The notes beneath the pieces were generated by a model that did no database searches, was not told where the DNA came from, and saw nothing but the letters and a program-made list of their open reading frames with translations. A stretch of DNA of 24,433 nucleotides from an uncultured Candidatus Peribacteria bacterium. Its GTDB lineage: Bacteria > Patescibacteriota > Gracilibacteria > Peribacterales > Peribacteraceae. The DNA is taken from positions 1-24,433 of the forward strand of contig CAZLEW010000003.1 of assembly GCA_964558635.1 (NCBI GenBank), written 5' to 3'. Below are positions 24,053-24,433 of this stretch, one piece after another; positions within the stretch are counted from its first letter, which is position 1; every line of letters starts with the position of its first letter. The position numbers and the translations under genes were made by a program.

Positions 24053-24433
24053 ATGTCTTCACAATTTCCCTTCCACGGCATTTTCTCAGGGCTGGGACAA
24101 GACGATGCAGAGCCAGCAAAAACCACGTCTACGAATGGCCCCTCACAGGGCGGAACAGGCCAAGTGGCAGTCGATATCTACGAGCTGGATACCTACTACA
24201 TCATCCGTGCGCCCATCGCAGGCGTAAAGTTGTCGGATCTCGATATCGAAGTTACAGACAACCAACTCACAATCCGCGGAAACCGCCAACAAGGAGAAAC
24301 AATTCCGAATGATCAGTTCTACATCCAAGAATGTTTCTGGGGACCGTTCTCGCGCACGGTCACGCTCCCGTTTGTCATCGATCCAAAAAAAATCCGTGCT
24401 ACGTTCAACCGCGAGTGCATCTTAAAAATCTTG
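24053..24433 (+). CDS. Hsp20/alpha-crystallin small heat-shock protein (3'-truncated by the window edge; absent from the ORF track)
   Basis: Manual translation from ATG 24053: ...VAVDIYELDTYYIIRAPIAGVKLSDLDIEVTDNQLTIRGNR...FYIQECFWGPFSRTVTLP..IDPKKIRATF...ILKI. Confidence 0.92.
   Translation, partial: MSSQFPFHGIFSGLGQDDAEPAKTTSTNGPSQGGTGQVAVDIYELDTYYIIRAPIAGVKLSDLDIEVTDNQLTIRGNRQQGETIPNDQFYIQECFWGPFSRTVTLPFVIDPKKIRATFNRECILKIL

Noticed and set aside
331-24328. Numerous overlapping or antisense ORFs in the track (e.g. 2110..2787, 5445..6050, 7345..8202, 13271..14008, 12904..13344, 23314..23874)
   Set aside because: They are shadows of well-supported genes in GC-rich DNA, with no recognisable motifs.

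Overview
This is a gene-dense bacterial chromosomal segment. The gene style (tail-fibre-like, SLH and dockerin surface proteins, a TMTC-type glycosyltransferase, no Shine-Dalgarno motifs) suggests a CPR/Patescibacteria organism, possibly Peribacteria-like; this is inference only. The left part (1-9324) holds secreted fibre-like proteins, a TMTC-like GT-C/TPR enzyme, a methyltransferase, a serine hydrolase and a catalytically truncated IS481-type HTH gene. The middle (about 9408-10672) is a 1.3-kb non-coding region with about 16 same-strand copies of a ~14-22-bp quasi-palindromic motif (core ATGTATCGGAACAT) at ~70-bp spacing. These copies are arranged as a higher-order ~480-bp duplication and bracketed by two divergent promoters. 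This array plus the adjacent DDE-less HTH gene is the best candidate for an undescribed system. The right part carries an SLH protein, RhuM-Fic, topA, hup, a KH-R3H protein, a low-GC membrane protein, dnaJ (apparently with a non-canonical ATC start), two secreted proteins, recJ, an XRE regulator, a UppP-DedA fusion and a partial Hsp20. No rRNA, tRNA, CRISPR-cas or intact transposase was recognised. All family calls are from motif recognition by eye; no searches were run.
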